From NCBI GenBank assembly GCA_963822145.1, contig CAWGGG010000004.1, forward strand, positions 1,659,839 through 1,723,838: a DNA stretch of 64,000 nt, written 5' to 3'. The position numbers and the translations under genes are program-made. Below are positions 55,293 to 64,000 of the stretch, piece after piece (positions within the stretch are counted from its first letter, which is position 1; every line of letters starts with the position of its first letter). The stretch is from an uncultured Bacteroidales bacterium (GTDB lineage Bacteria > Bacteroidota > Bacteroidia > Bacteroidales > UBA10428). Below the pieces are notes generated by a model. It ran no database searches, was not told the origin of the DNA, and worked only from the letters and a program-made list of their open reading frames with translations.

Positions 55293-57921
55293 ATGAAGAA
55301 AACATATGCATTCGTTTTGTCGTTGCTGATTCTTATTAATATCAGCCTTTTCTCGCAGTCAACCTACCAGTACCCCTTCCAAAATCCCCAGCTCCCGCTT
55401 GAGGAGCGTGTTCACGACCTGGTTTCCCGCATGACCCTGCAGGAAAAGGTCACCCAGTTTTTTAACCATGCCGAAGCCATACCCAGGCTCGGGATTCCTG
55501 CAGTACGACTGGTGGAACGAGTGCCTGCATGGTGTTGCCCGGGCAGGCAAAGCTACAGTCTTTCCTCAGGCCATAGGACTTGCGGCTACTTTTGATGAAG
55601 ACCTGATGTTCCGGATAGGAACTACCATTTCTGATGAAGCCAGGGCCAAGCACCACAACTTTGTTCGCAACAATGTGCGGAGCATTTATACCGGCCTGAC
55701 GTTCTGGTCTCCCAATATCAACATATTCCGCGATCCCCGCTGGGGAAGAGGCCAGGAAACCTACGGTGAAGATCCCTATCTTACCGGCCGTATGGCAGTG
55801 AATTTCATTAAAGGGCTCCAGGGCGACGATCCCAAATATCTTAAAACCGTGGCCACAGCCAAGCACTATGCAGTGCACAGCGGTCCCGAATTTACCCGGC
55901 ATGTCGACAATATTTTTGTGAACGACCGTGACTTGCAGGAGACATACCTCCCTGCTTTCAAAGCAGCCGTAACTGAAGCCAACGTTCAATCAGTAATGTG
56001 CGCCTATAACCGATTCCGTGATAAACCCTGTTGCGGCTCCGACCTCCTCCTGGGCAAGATCCTGCGGGATCAGTTTGGATTTTCCGGTTATGTGGTAAGC
56101 GATTGCGGCGCCATAACTGACTTTTACAATAAAACGGCGCACAACCTGGTTGGAACTTCCTCACAGGCCTGGGGATGGTCGGTGGCTACCGGAACCGATC
56201 TGAATTGTGAAATGTCCAGGGGATTCCTGGTCAACAACCTGGATTCCGCCGTTAATACCGGCATCATCAATGAGAAAGACCTCAACACCTCCCTGGAAAG
56301 ATTGTTTAAAGCCAGGTTCACTCTGGGCATGTTCGACCCCGACAGCCTGGTTCCCTATTCCAACATACCTTTTTCAGCAGTCGGTTCTCCTGAACACCTC
56401 GATCTCTCGCTTGAGGCAGCTGAGAAATCACTTGTTCTGCTAAAAAATAACGGCATTCTGCCCCTGAAGAACATAAAAAAAGTGGCGCTTATCGGTCCCA
56501 ATGCCGACAATTTTGCCATCCTGATCGGAAATTACAACGGCGAACCCATCGATCCGGTGACGCCGCTGAAAGGTTTACGAACCAGGCTGGGCAAAGAAAA
56601 TGTTCTGTATACACCAGGATGTCCCATTGTTCCGGGTGTATTCACCAATTTTGAACCTGTTGGCAGTGAGGTCCTCTTCCACATCGAGAACGGGAAACGC
56701 GTGAAAGGCCTCAAAGCTGAGTATTTTAGCGACAGCGGCCTCCAAGGAAGTCCTGTTGTGGTCAGAACCGATAACAACATCAACTTCTACTGGACCCGGT
56801 CACCGCTGAACAATGCCCTGGAAGATGAGTTTTCGGTGAGGTGGACCGGTATCCTGGTTCCCAAAAAATCCGGCAGTTATTTATTTGGCGGAAGTGTTCA
56901 GGCCAAAATCGACGGGAAACCTACCAGTGACCAGGGTATTGCTCTTGAAAAGGGTAAATCCTATGCACTCGAGGCCACACTTTCGGTTGCACCCTTCTGG
57001 TGGTCCAATGCTGTTGAGCCATCGGCAACGCTTACCTGGACTGAAACAACGCGCGATTATCACCAGGAAGCATTGGATGCGGCCCGTAAAGCTGATGTTA
57101 TTGTTTTCTGCGGCGGAATAACCGCCAACCTGGAAGGCGAGGAAATGCCGCTGGAAATCGATGGCTTTTCTCATGGCGACCGTACCCATATTAACCTGCC
57201 TGCCATACAGGAGGGTCTCCTCAAGGAACTCTATAAAACTGGTAAACCTGTTGTTTTCGTTAATTTCAGCGGTAGTGCCATGGCGATGAACTGGGAGGAT
57301 GAGAATCTGCCTGCCATTATCCAGGCTTTCTATCCGGGTGAGGCAACCGGGAAGGCGCTGGCGCGACTGTTATTTGGAGATTTCAATCCTTCTGGAAGGC
57401 TTCCCGTTACCTTCTACAAATCGGTGGAGGATCTGCCTCCTTTTAAAGACTACACCATGGACGGAAGAACCTACCGCTATTTCTCGGGAGAGCCCTTGTA
57501 TGGCTTCGGTTACGGGCTCAGTTACAGCACTTATTCATACCGGAACCTGTTAGTTCCGACCACTGTGAACACAGGCAGCGAGGTAAAAATACACGTTGAA
57601 GTTTCCAATACCGGAAAAATGGACGGCGAAGAAGTGGTGCAGGTATATATTACCGACAATGAAGCCTCCGCACCTGTACCCCTCCGTTCGCTGGCAGGTT
57701 TTAAAAGAGTGTATCTGAGGGCCGGAGAAACAAAAAAGATTGAAATCACGCTGAAACCGGAACGGTTCTCGCTGATCGATAAGACGTATAACCGTTATAT
57801 CGAACCGGGAAAATTCACCCTCTCGGTTGGCGGGAAGCAGCCTCCCCGGATGGCACCTGTTGATGGTTCAGCCGTTCAGGCTGAGATAATTCTTACTGGT
57901 CCGCCTGTTCTGGTGAAGTGA
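55293..57921 (+). pseudogene. GH3 beta-glucosidase/beta-xylosidase with PA14 insertion, interrupted by a 1-nt frameshift
   Basis: ORF 55293-55595 carries the signal peptide and ...MTLQEKVTQ...AIPRLGIPA. ORF 55468-57921 continues with YDWWNECLHGVAR, the conserved GH3 block RLGIPAYDWWNE.LHGVAR. An extra g at about 55503 separates the two frames. The PA14-like segment is KAEYFSDSGLQGSPVV...FSVRWTGILVPKKSGSYLF. Confidence 0.7.
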
Positions 57922-58059
57922 GTATTCTTTTTGTTATCGCCATTTTTGAAGGCGTCACCTGGAGAAAGAAGTTTTTTCAGGTGCTGCATTGACCTTTTTA
58001 TCACGAGGATTGTTTATCATCTGTTCCGGCTTCGGAAATTTGTAGCGGAGATAACCTGT

Positions 58060-60279
58060 ATGGGTAAAATATCGATTAAGACTTTTCCTGTTACCGGCAT
58101 GAGCTGTGCCTCCTGTGCCCGTAATGTGGAAAATATGCTTAAGGCGCAACCCGGTGTTAATAGTGCCTCGGTGAATTATGCAAATGCATCTGCCATGCTC
58201 GAAATGGAATCGGGTGAGGCCGATATGCATGCTCTGAAAGCAGCAGTACAATCCATCGGTTACGATTTGCTGGTCCAGGAGGATGATCCGGGCCAACTGG
58301 ATGAACTGATCGGGAGTCAATACACCAGGCTTAAAAGGAACACAACCTGGGCCATCATCCTGGCGTTACCAGTTGTTTTCATCAGCATGTTTCTGATGCA
58401 GATGCCCTATGCCTCGATCATCATGCTGGTTCTTACCACCCCTGTAATCCTGGTCTTTGGCCGGAGCTTTTTTATCAATGCCTTCAGGCAGGCAAAGCAC
58501 GGGCAAACCAATATGGACACCCTGGTGGCCATGAGCACAGGTATCGCCTATCTGTTCAGTGTGTTCAACACCCTGTTCCCGGAATTCTGGCATCGCCGGG
58601 GAATGCATCCCCATGTTTACTTTGAGGCCGCCACGGTGATCATCGCCTTCATTCTGCTGGGAAAAGTGCTGGAGGACAGGGCCAAGGCAAAGACTTCCTC
58701 GGCCATTAAAAAGCTGATGGGCTTGCAGCCACGTGAAGTAACTTTCCTGGATGAATCCGGTAAAGAGAAAGAGGTCCCCATTTCTGCAGTGCGTGCCGGC
58801 GACCGGCTCCTGGTGAAGCCCGGTGACAGGATACCTGTAGATGGCGAGATATGGTCCGGCTCCTCGTCGGTGGATGAAAGCACCATTACAGGGGAATCAA
58901 TGCCGGTTGAAAAACAGGCCGGGGACAAAGTTCTTACCGGCACCTTCAACCTGAACGGAAGCTTCGTGCTATTAGCCCGGCAGGTTGGTTCAGAAACACT
59001 GCTGGCACATATTATCGAAATGGTGAAGCAGGCCCAGGGAAGTAAGGCCCCGGCGCAAAAAACTGCCGACAGAATTGCAGGTATTTTTGTACCGGTGGTG
59101 ATGGCCATTGCAGTGATCAGTTTTATAGCCTGGATGATCTTTGGCGGAAAGAATGATCTTGCCCAGGCCCTGCTGGCCATGGTAACAGTTCTCATTATTG
59201 CTTGTCCCTGCGCATTGGGCCTGGCAACCCCCACTGCCATCATGGTGGGCATGGGTAAGGGAGCTGAAAATGGCATCCTTATCAAAGACGCAGCCAGCCT
59301 GGAAACCATCCATAAAGTGAATGCAGTGGTGCTCGACAAAACAGGCACACTTACCGAAGGAAAACCGGTGGTTACGGATATGCTCTGGTTTGTTTCCGGT
59401 GAGGAGCAGCAGCTGGCGGAACAGGTTTTGTTTACCATGGAAACCCAATCAGCGCATCCCCTGGCAGAAGCGGTTGCTGAATCAATAAGAGCAAAGGCCG
59501 TAAACAAAGTTGTCCTCAATAGTTTCGAAAACCTTTCCGGTAAAGGGATAATAGGTAGCCACGACAGCAAGCGGTACCTTTCAGGCAACCTGAAGCTGGC
59601 AGAAACTTCCGGGGTGATCATAACGGATCAGCAGCTCCAGCTGATCCTGGAATTGCAGCTCAAAGCCAGGACCGTAATTTGCTTTGCCAGGGAAAATGAA
59701 TTGCTCGCTTTGATCGCGCTGGCAGATAAAATGAAGGAAACCTCGCTTGAAGCAATTCAGAAACTTCGGGAGCAAGGTATTGAAGTTTACATGCTCACCG
59801 GTGACAACAGCCAGACTGCAGCGGTTATTGGCGCCCAGGCAGGGATCGATAACATCCGGGCCGGACTGATGCCGGCTGAAAAAGCTGCTTTCGTGAAACA
59901 GTTGCAGGCTAAGGGCAAAGTTGTGGCCATGGCCGGTGACGGCATAAACGACGCTCACGCTTTGGCCCAGGCAGATGTTAGCATCGCCATGGGCCGAGGA
60001 TCCGACATCGCCATCGATGTGGCCGGAATGACCATTATTTCATCTGACCTGCGCCAGATCTCTAAAGCAATCCTTTTATCAAGGTATACGGTAAATACGA
60101 TACGCCAGAACCTGTTTTGGGCTTTTTTCTATAACCTGATAGGAATTCCGGTTGCTGCAGGAGTCCTCTATCCCCTATGGGGCTTCATGCTGAATCCTAT
60201 GATTGCAGCCGCAGCCATGGCCATGAGTTCGGTGTCGGTGGTAACCAACAGCCTTCGCCTGAAAGGTAAACGCTTATAA
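58060..60279 (+). CDS. copA: Copper-translocating P1B-type ATPase
   Basis: Motifs: GMSCASCA metal-binding domain, CPC in TM6 (IIACPCALGLATP), DKTGTLT, GDGINDA. Start is ATG 58060; the track ORF extends upstream through a TTG. Confidence 0.92.
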   Translation: MGKISIKTFPVTGMSCASCARNVENMLKAQPGVNSASVNYANASAMLEMESGEADMHALKAAVQSIGYDLLVQEDDPGQLDELIGSQYTRLKRNTTWAIILALPVVFISMFLMQMPYASIIMLVLTTPVILVFGRSFFINAFRQAKHGQTNMDTLVAMSTGIAYLFSVFNTLFPEFWHRRGMHPHVYFEAATVIIAFILLGKVLEDRAKAKTSSAIKKLMGLQPREVTFLDESGKEKEVPISAVRAGDRLLVKPGDRIPVDGEIWSGSSSVDESTITGESMPVEKQAGDKVLTGTFNLNGSFVLLARQVGSETLLAHIIEMVKQAQGSKAPAQKTADRIAGIFVPVVMAIAVISFIAWMIFGGKNDLAQALLAMVTVLIIACPCALGLATPTAIMVGMGKGAENGILIKDAASLETIHKVNAVVLDKTGTLTEGKPVVTDMLWFVSGEEQQLAEQVLFTMETQSAHPLAEAVAESIRAKAVNKVVLNSFENLSGKGIIGSHDSKRYLSGNLKLAETSGVIITDQQLQLILELQLKARTVICFARENELLALIALADKMKETSLEAIQKLREQGIEVYMLTGDNSQTAAVIGAQAGIDNIRAGLMPAEKAAFVKQLQAKGKVVAMAGDGINDAHALAQADVSIAMGRGSDIAIDVAGMTIISSDLRQISKAILLSRYTVNTIRQNLFWAFFYNLIGIPVAAGVLYPLWGFMLNPMIAAAAMAMSSVSVVTNSLRLKGKRL

Positions 60280-60281
60280 CG

Positions 60282-60399
60282 AACTAACAACCACAACCCA
60301 CAACAATCACAACAACCACAACACACAACAATCACTACAATCACAACAATCACAACCACCACAACCCACAACAATCACAACCCTCCTAAAAACAAATCA
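60282..60399. repeat. G-free, CA-rich low-complexity tract (degenerate CAA/CAC repeats)
   Basis: 118 nt without a single G on the + strand. acaacaatcac recurs 4 times. The tract fills the whole gap between the convergent copA and 60386-60808 genes. Confidence 0.85.
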
Positions 60400-60808
60400 G
60401 CTCCTTTGGCCTCAGGTTATCTTCCATGGTCCAGAAATGTGCCCGTCCATGGGCAATCCTGAAAATAATCAGCCCTGGATGGTTAACCGTTAGTCCATAG
60501 CTTTTTAGAAAGGGCCTTTCTTGCAGTACTTTTTCCTTGAGCTTGAGATCGTGGATAAATTCCGCCTCGCCGGAGATGCGCAATGTAGTGCCTATAGTAC
60601 CTTCCCGTTTGTAAAAACAGACTTCAATTTTTGGATTGACTTTCAGCTGATGGTAAAGGGATTTCATATCACCGGTCTGAAAGTAAAAGCCTGTTTCATC
60701 AGCAAACCAGAAACCCATTGCCCTAACCCTGGGCTGATCTCCTTCTGCGGTTGCCAGGAAACAAAGCTTGTTTTCAGTGACAAATTCTATACAGGTCTGC
60801 AGGTCCAT
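60386..60808 (-). CDS. Pyridoxamine 5'-phosphate oxidase-like FMN-binding split-barrel protein
   Basis: LCFLATAEGDQPRVRAMGFWF....FYFQT...K..Y.QLKVNPKIEVCFY resembles the PNPOx-like / general-stress-protein-26 pattern. Confidence 0.72.
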   Translation of the reverse strand: MDLQTCIEFVTENKLCFLATAEGDQPRVRAMGFWFADETGFYFQTGDMKSLYHQLKVNPKIEVCFYKREGTIGTTLRISGEAEFIHDLKLKEKVLQERPFLKSYGLTVNHPGLIIFRIAHGRAHFWTMEDNLRPKELICF

Positions 60809-60906
60809 ACTTGTTTAAAAAACCAGGTTTCGGATATTCAATTTAGTGCAAATTAGGCAAATTTCAGGTTTCCTGTTCAATCTGGCAGGACTTTCTGTAA
60901 TTAAAT

Positions 60907-61692
60907 TCACACCGGTAATTTATCCAGCAGATTATTTACCAGGATTTCATGACCGGTAATGATAGGATAGTTTTTGTACATGGCTTTCTCCGATAAATCA
61001 AAGACTATGGAGTTCCTGTCGAGTCCGGTTAACACCCCTCCTGCCTCCCTGATCAGCAGCCACGGAGCAGCGATATCCCAAATTTTGGTGAAGAGATTAA
61101 TACATCCCCCGAATTTTCCCTCCAGAACATACATCATGTCGACCAGCGAATTAGTCGAACGAATGTTTCGTGAGTTTTTCATAATGTATTTATACCAAAC
61201 GATCCCCTTTTCAAGAAAGGCCTCATCCAGGGTAAAGTCAGTGGAAAAGGCAAAAAGAACTTCTGACAGTTCTGCCGGTTGTAAATTGATCCGCTGGCCG
61301 TTCCTGTATGTTCCCTTACCCCGCTCAGCAATATACAAAATATCTTCAAGGGGGAGGTAGGCTCCTGCCAATACAGGGACCTGCCTTTCAAAAACGGCTA
61401 TCAACACGCCAAACCAGGGTAAATGGGCAGCGTAATTCGACGTGCCATCCAACGGGTCAACCACCCAGGTCCAGTCAGAATTGTTATTCTTAAATCCGCT
61501 TTCTTCGCCCAGAAGATTATGGCCGGGGAATCTCTGCTGGATCGTTTCAATAATAACCTTTTCAGAGGAAACATCCACTTCGGTTACGATACTGCTGAGC
61601 GATTCCTTGCGCAATGATTGCAGGGATTCACCGAACCGCTGCCGCTGAATGTTACCGGCACTTTTTAAGGCCTTGATCAGTGTGTCCCTCAT
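60907..61692 (-). CDS. Inositol monophosphatase family protein
   Basis: IVTEVD, LGEE and WVVDPLDGTSNY motifs. Likely start is ATG 61692; the track ORF 61734 overlaps the upstream gene. Confidence 0.85.
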   Translation of the reverse strand: MRDTLIKALKSAGNIQRQRFGESLQSLRKESLSSIVTEVDVSSEKVIIETIQQRFPGHNLLGEESGFKNNNSDWTWVVDPLDGTSNYAAHLPWFGVLIAVFERQVPVLAGAYLPLEDILYIAERGKGTYRNGQRINLQPAELSEVLFAFSTDFTLDEAFLEKGIVWYKYIMKNSRNIRSTNSLVDMMYVLEGKFGGCINLFTKIWDIAAPWLLIREAGGVLTGLDRNSIVFDLSEKAMYKNYPIITGHEILVNNLLDKLPV

Positions 61693-61708
61693 ATCGTTTG
61701 GAGTTTTA

Positions 61709-63988
61709 TCAGGGTTGCAGCGACTTCGCCGCAAAGTTCTGCATATTGCCTGTCAGGATCTTAGTCTGAAATTCCCTTGAGGGGTAATGGGCAATGAAAT
61801 CCATCATAAAGAGCTTGAAAGCGGTAAATCCACTTTCTGTCAGATCAGCAGGAGCAATGATGATATGATCCCTGCCCACCTTCTTCAGAAGACTGATGAA
61901 GTTTTCAAACGCTGCGTCCGTGTCAGAACCAGCACGGGGCTGGAAAACCACCAGGTGTTCCTTGGTTACAATCTTTTTCAGTAGAGAATCTGCAATCAGT
62001 GAAGTATTGCTGCTCAGGATAAGACAGGGATCAGCTGCAAGGCTGATCACCTGGTCCAACGATGCTGTATTGAGGTTATCCAGGATCAGTCCCACCCCGG
62101 CTTCTGCAGCAAGCAGGACTCCCTTCCGCAGTGCAGCGGTATCCTTGAGTACACCGGAGTTGTCGTTAATCCTCGTCAGACGGTACCCATATCGTGCCAG
62201 TACCCTTAACATGAGGTCATCCCATTGCACTAAATCAGCATTAAAAGTCGCCAGCAATCCGGTTCTGCTAACCATAGCCTCATAAGCGCTTTTTGCCAGG
62301 GTGAAATTATCCCTTTGCTTTTGGGGAGCAGCCGCAAGGGTATAGGCATCCAGCAGGCTCATGAAGTTTTCAGCAGGCACAGCAGAGTAAGCAGCATCGG
62401 AAAAATCAACAATTCCGAGACGATAACTCCTGTTTTCCAAATCTTTCCGATAGCTTCCTGAGAAAATAGGGCTTAAGATGTTGTAAGTAAGAAGCTTGAA
62501 CTTATTTTCATCCATACGCCCGGCCGATAAGAAGCTTTCTTTTGCGTCAGCAATTATAGCTGCGCAGTTGTATATGAAATCACCGGTAAACTGCAGTATG
62601 TCAACCTGTATCTTCTCAGGATCATCTCCCGTCTGATGGTATTCAGGGTGAGAACCGGCAGTCATCCCGGCGAATGCAGGCACACCCTTCATCAGGAAGT
62701 AATTGTGATCACTACCCCCCAGGCCGCCCTTGCTCCAGGTGATTTTCTTCAACGCAGTGGTATCGGTATGCTTCTGAATATATTGATACACTTCCGGGGC
62801 GAATTCGGTTCCCGGCATATTGAGGCCACCATTGCCCAGGCCAACCATATCGAGGTTAAAGTAGACCAGGATCTTCGTTAGATCAATGTTGGGCTTTTCA
62901 CACCAGGCTTTGGAACCCAGGAGTCCCATTTCCTCTCCCGTCCAGCCGATAAACACAATACTTCTTTTCGGTTTGAATCCGCTCTCAACCATGGCCTGAG
63001 CTATCCCAAGGGCAACCGACGGTCCCGAGGCATTGTCATCAGCTCCGTTTCGGATATTGCCCTCATCGTCCATACCCACATGATCCATATGTCCCCCGAT
63101 GAGGATATACTCATCCTTCAGCTTCCTGTCGGTGCCGGGTAACATGGCCAGCACATTTCTTGCTTTGATGATGGGTTTGCTGTTGGGCTTGACGCTCATG
63201 GCACCTATTCTTCCGGTGTTGAAGGATACCACCTGGTTTTCGAGGTTGCTCATCAGACGGTAATAGTAGTGTCCTGATTTAGCGAGGATAAAACGCGCAA
63301 CGCGATCTTCGACGGAGAAAACGGGAAAGCCGGGGATAATGGTACCGGCCAGGTGATTGTTATAGTTTGGCAGCAGGACCTGGGGATTGAACCGTGGAGA
63401 AGGTTCAAAAAAAAGCACACCGAGGGCGCCATGCTGGAAACAGTAGGCCACTTTTACCGAATCGATGCAGGATGGCCTCCATCCCGCGATATCATTACCG
63501 GGGGCCCCGCGCTTCATGAGGACAATTTTATTCCGGATCTCCAGGCTGTCAAAATCATTGCGGTCTTTATCAGGGTTTACGATCCCGTATCCGGCGAACA
63601 CGATCTCAGCTTCCGCTGCTCCCCGGTCACTGCCATCGAAAACAGCAAAATCCTCGTTAGAACCATAGTAAAAGATACGCTCATCAACAACCAGTGTTGG
63701 CCTGAATTCATAGTCATCATTGGTGATGGTGTAATGATAGAAATAGGTGCCGCTGTCACCCATGGGCACCAGCTTCAGCTTTTTAAAAGCACTCGCAAAG
63801 TATTCTTCCGCTTTTATACAGCCTGGAGTTCCGGTTGCTCTGCCCTGGTATTCATCAGAGGCGATTTCTGAAATGATCTTTTTAATATTCTCGCCACTCA
63901 CTTTGACAGGCAACTGGGCATTCAGGCAAATCGGCAGGGACAGTAGGCATACACAGAAAATCAGGATGCGTCTATTCGCGGATATCAT
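61709..63988 (-). CDS. M28-family metallopeptidase with PA domain and about 290-aa extra C-terminal domain, secreted
   Basis: Signal peptide. GGHMDHVG, GADDNASG and GEEMGLLGS zinc-ligand blocks. The C-terminal third has no motif I recognise. Confidence 0.8.
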   Translation of the reverse strand: MISANRRILIFCVCLLSLPICLNAQLPVKVSGENIKKIISEIASDEYQGRATGTPGCIKAEEYFASAFKKLKLVPMGDSGTYFYHYTITNDDYEFRPTLVVDERIFYYGSNEDFAVFDGSDRGAAEAEIVFAGYGIVNPDKDRNDFDSLEIRNKIVLMKRGAPGNDIAGWRPSCIDSVKVAYCFQHGALGVLFFEPSPRFNPQVLLPNYNNHLAGTIIPGFPVFSVEDRVARFILAKSGHYYYRLMSNLENQVVSFNTGRIGAMSVKPNSKPIIKARNVLAMLPGTDRKLKDEYILIGGHMDHVGMDDEGNIRNGADDNASGPSVALGIAQAMVESGFKPKRSIVFIGWTGEEMGLLGSKAWCEKPNIDLTKILVYFNLDMVGLGNGGLNMPGTEFAPEVYQYIQKHTDTTALKKITWSKGGLGGSDHNYFLMKGVPAFAGMTAGSHPEYHQTGDDPEKIQVDILQFTGDFIYNCAAIIADAKESFLSAGRMDENKFKLLTYNILSPIFSGSYRKDLENRSYRLGIVDFSDAAYSAVPAENFMSLLDAYTLAAAPQKQRDNFTLAKSAYEAMVSRTGLLATFNADLVQWDDLMLRVLARYGYRLTRINDNSGVLKDTAALRKGVLLAAEAGVGLILDNLNTASLDQVISLAADPCLILSSNTSLIADSLLKKIVTKEHLVVFQPRAGSDTDAAFENFISLLKKVGRDHIIIAPADLTESGFTAFKLFMMDFIAHYPSREFQTKILTGNMQNFAAKSLQP

Positions 63989-64000
63989 ACTCGTAGAAAT

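Noticed and set aside
60168-60374. 68-aa minus-strand ORF rich in Val/Ile/Cys (…VVVVIVVIVVIVVCCGCCDCCG…).
   Set aside because: It is simply the translation of the GT-rich complement of the CA-rich tract, and it overlaps the 3' end of copA. There is no start context or protein-like composition.
1-64000. Mobile elements, prophage, defence islands, tRNA/rRNA genes.
   Set aside because: No transposase, integrase, phage structural, restriction/Cas/abortive-infection-like ORFs, terminal inverted repeats around a cargo, or tRNA-like cloverleaf segments were recognised. The only repeats are the short REP-like families and the SusC/SusD paralogy.

Overview
Calls rest on reading the sequence and the ORF translations; no database search was possible. 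This is a Bacteroidota-type chromosomal segment, judged from SusC/SusD pairs, many lipoprotein signal peptides and TAnnTTTG-like promoter boxes. I saw no rRNA, tRNA, CRISPR array, transposase or integrase.

Layout:
(i) 1-14.6 kb, + strand: two paralogous SusC/SusD modules with no CAZyme. The first is followed by a 1097-aa FG-GAP/VCBS + ASPIC/UnbV (CRTAC1-like) lipoprotein. The second carries two tandem, mosaic SusD genes.
(ii) 14.6-32.2 kb, - strand: a tightly packed 11-gene cluster. It encodes three more CRTAC1-like proteins, a TolB-like propeller with a C-terminal CxxCH, and a beta-propeller fused to a di-heme cytochrome c peroxidase/MauG-like domain with a third heme motif. It also encodes a membrane-anchored propeller protein, two orphan LivJ-like binding proteins flanking a DAHP synthase, and a coupled AsnB-like / radical SAM pair.
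(iii) 32.6-37.6 kb, - strand: an OmpR-type two-component system, a FucK-like kinase and an SGNH-type O-acetylesterase.
(iv) 37.6-38.1 kb: an array of REP-like hairpin repeats.
(v) 38.1-57.9 kb: a fucose/rhamnose/galactose-type catabolic neighbourhood (GH95, GH42, GHL6-like, RhaM, sugar porter, SDR). It includes two frameshifted glycoside hydrolases and a split MetH-like corrinoid pair.
(vi) 58-64 kb: CopA-type P-type ATPase, a 118-nt G-free CA-rich tract, and PNPOx-like, IMPase-family and M28 peptidase genes.

The best candidate for an undescribed system is the 14.6-32.2 kb cluster. It looks like an exported multi-propeller, multi-heme assembly whose alpha/beta-gamma-like architecture recalls hydrazine synthase. 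It is embedded among CRTAC1-like proteins and linked to cytoplasmic radical SAM, amidotransferase-like and DAHP synthase enzymes.
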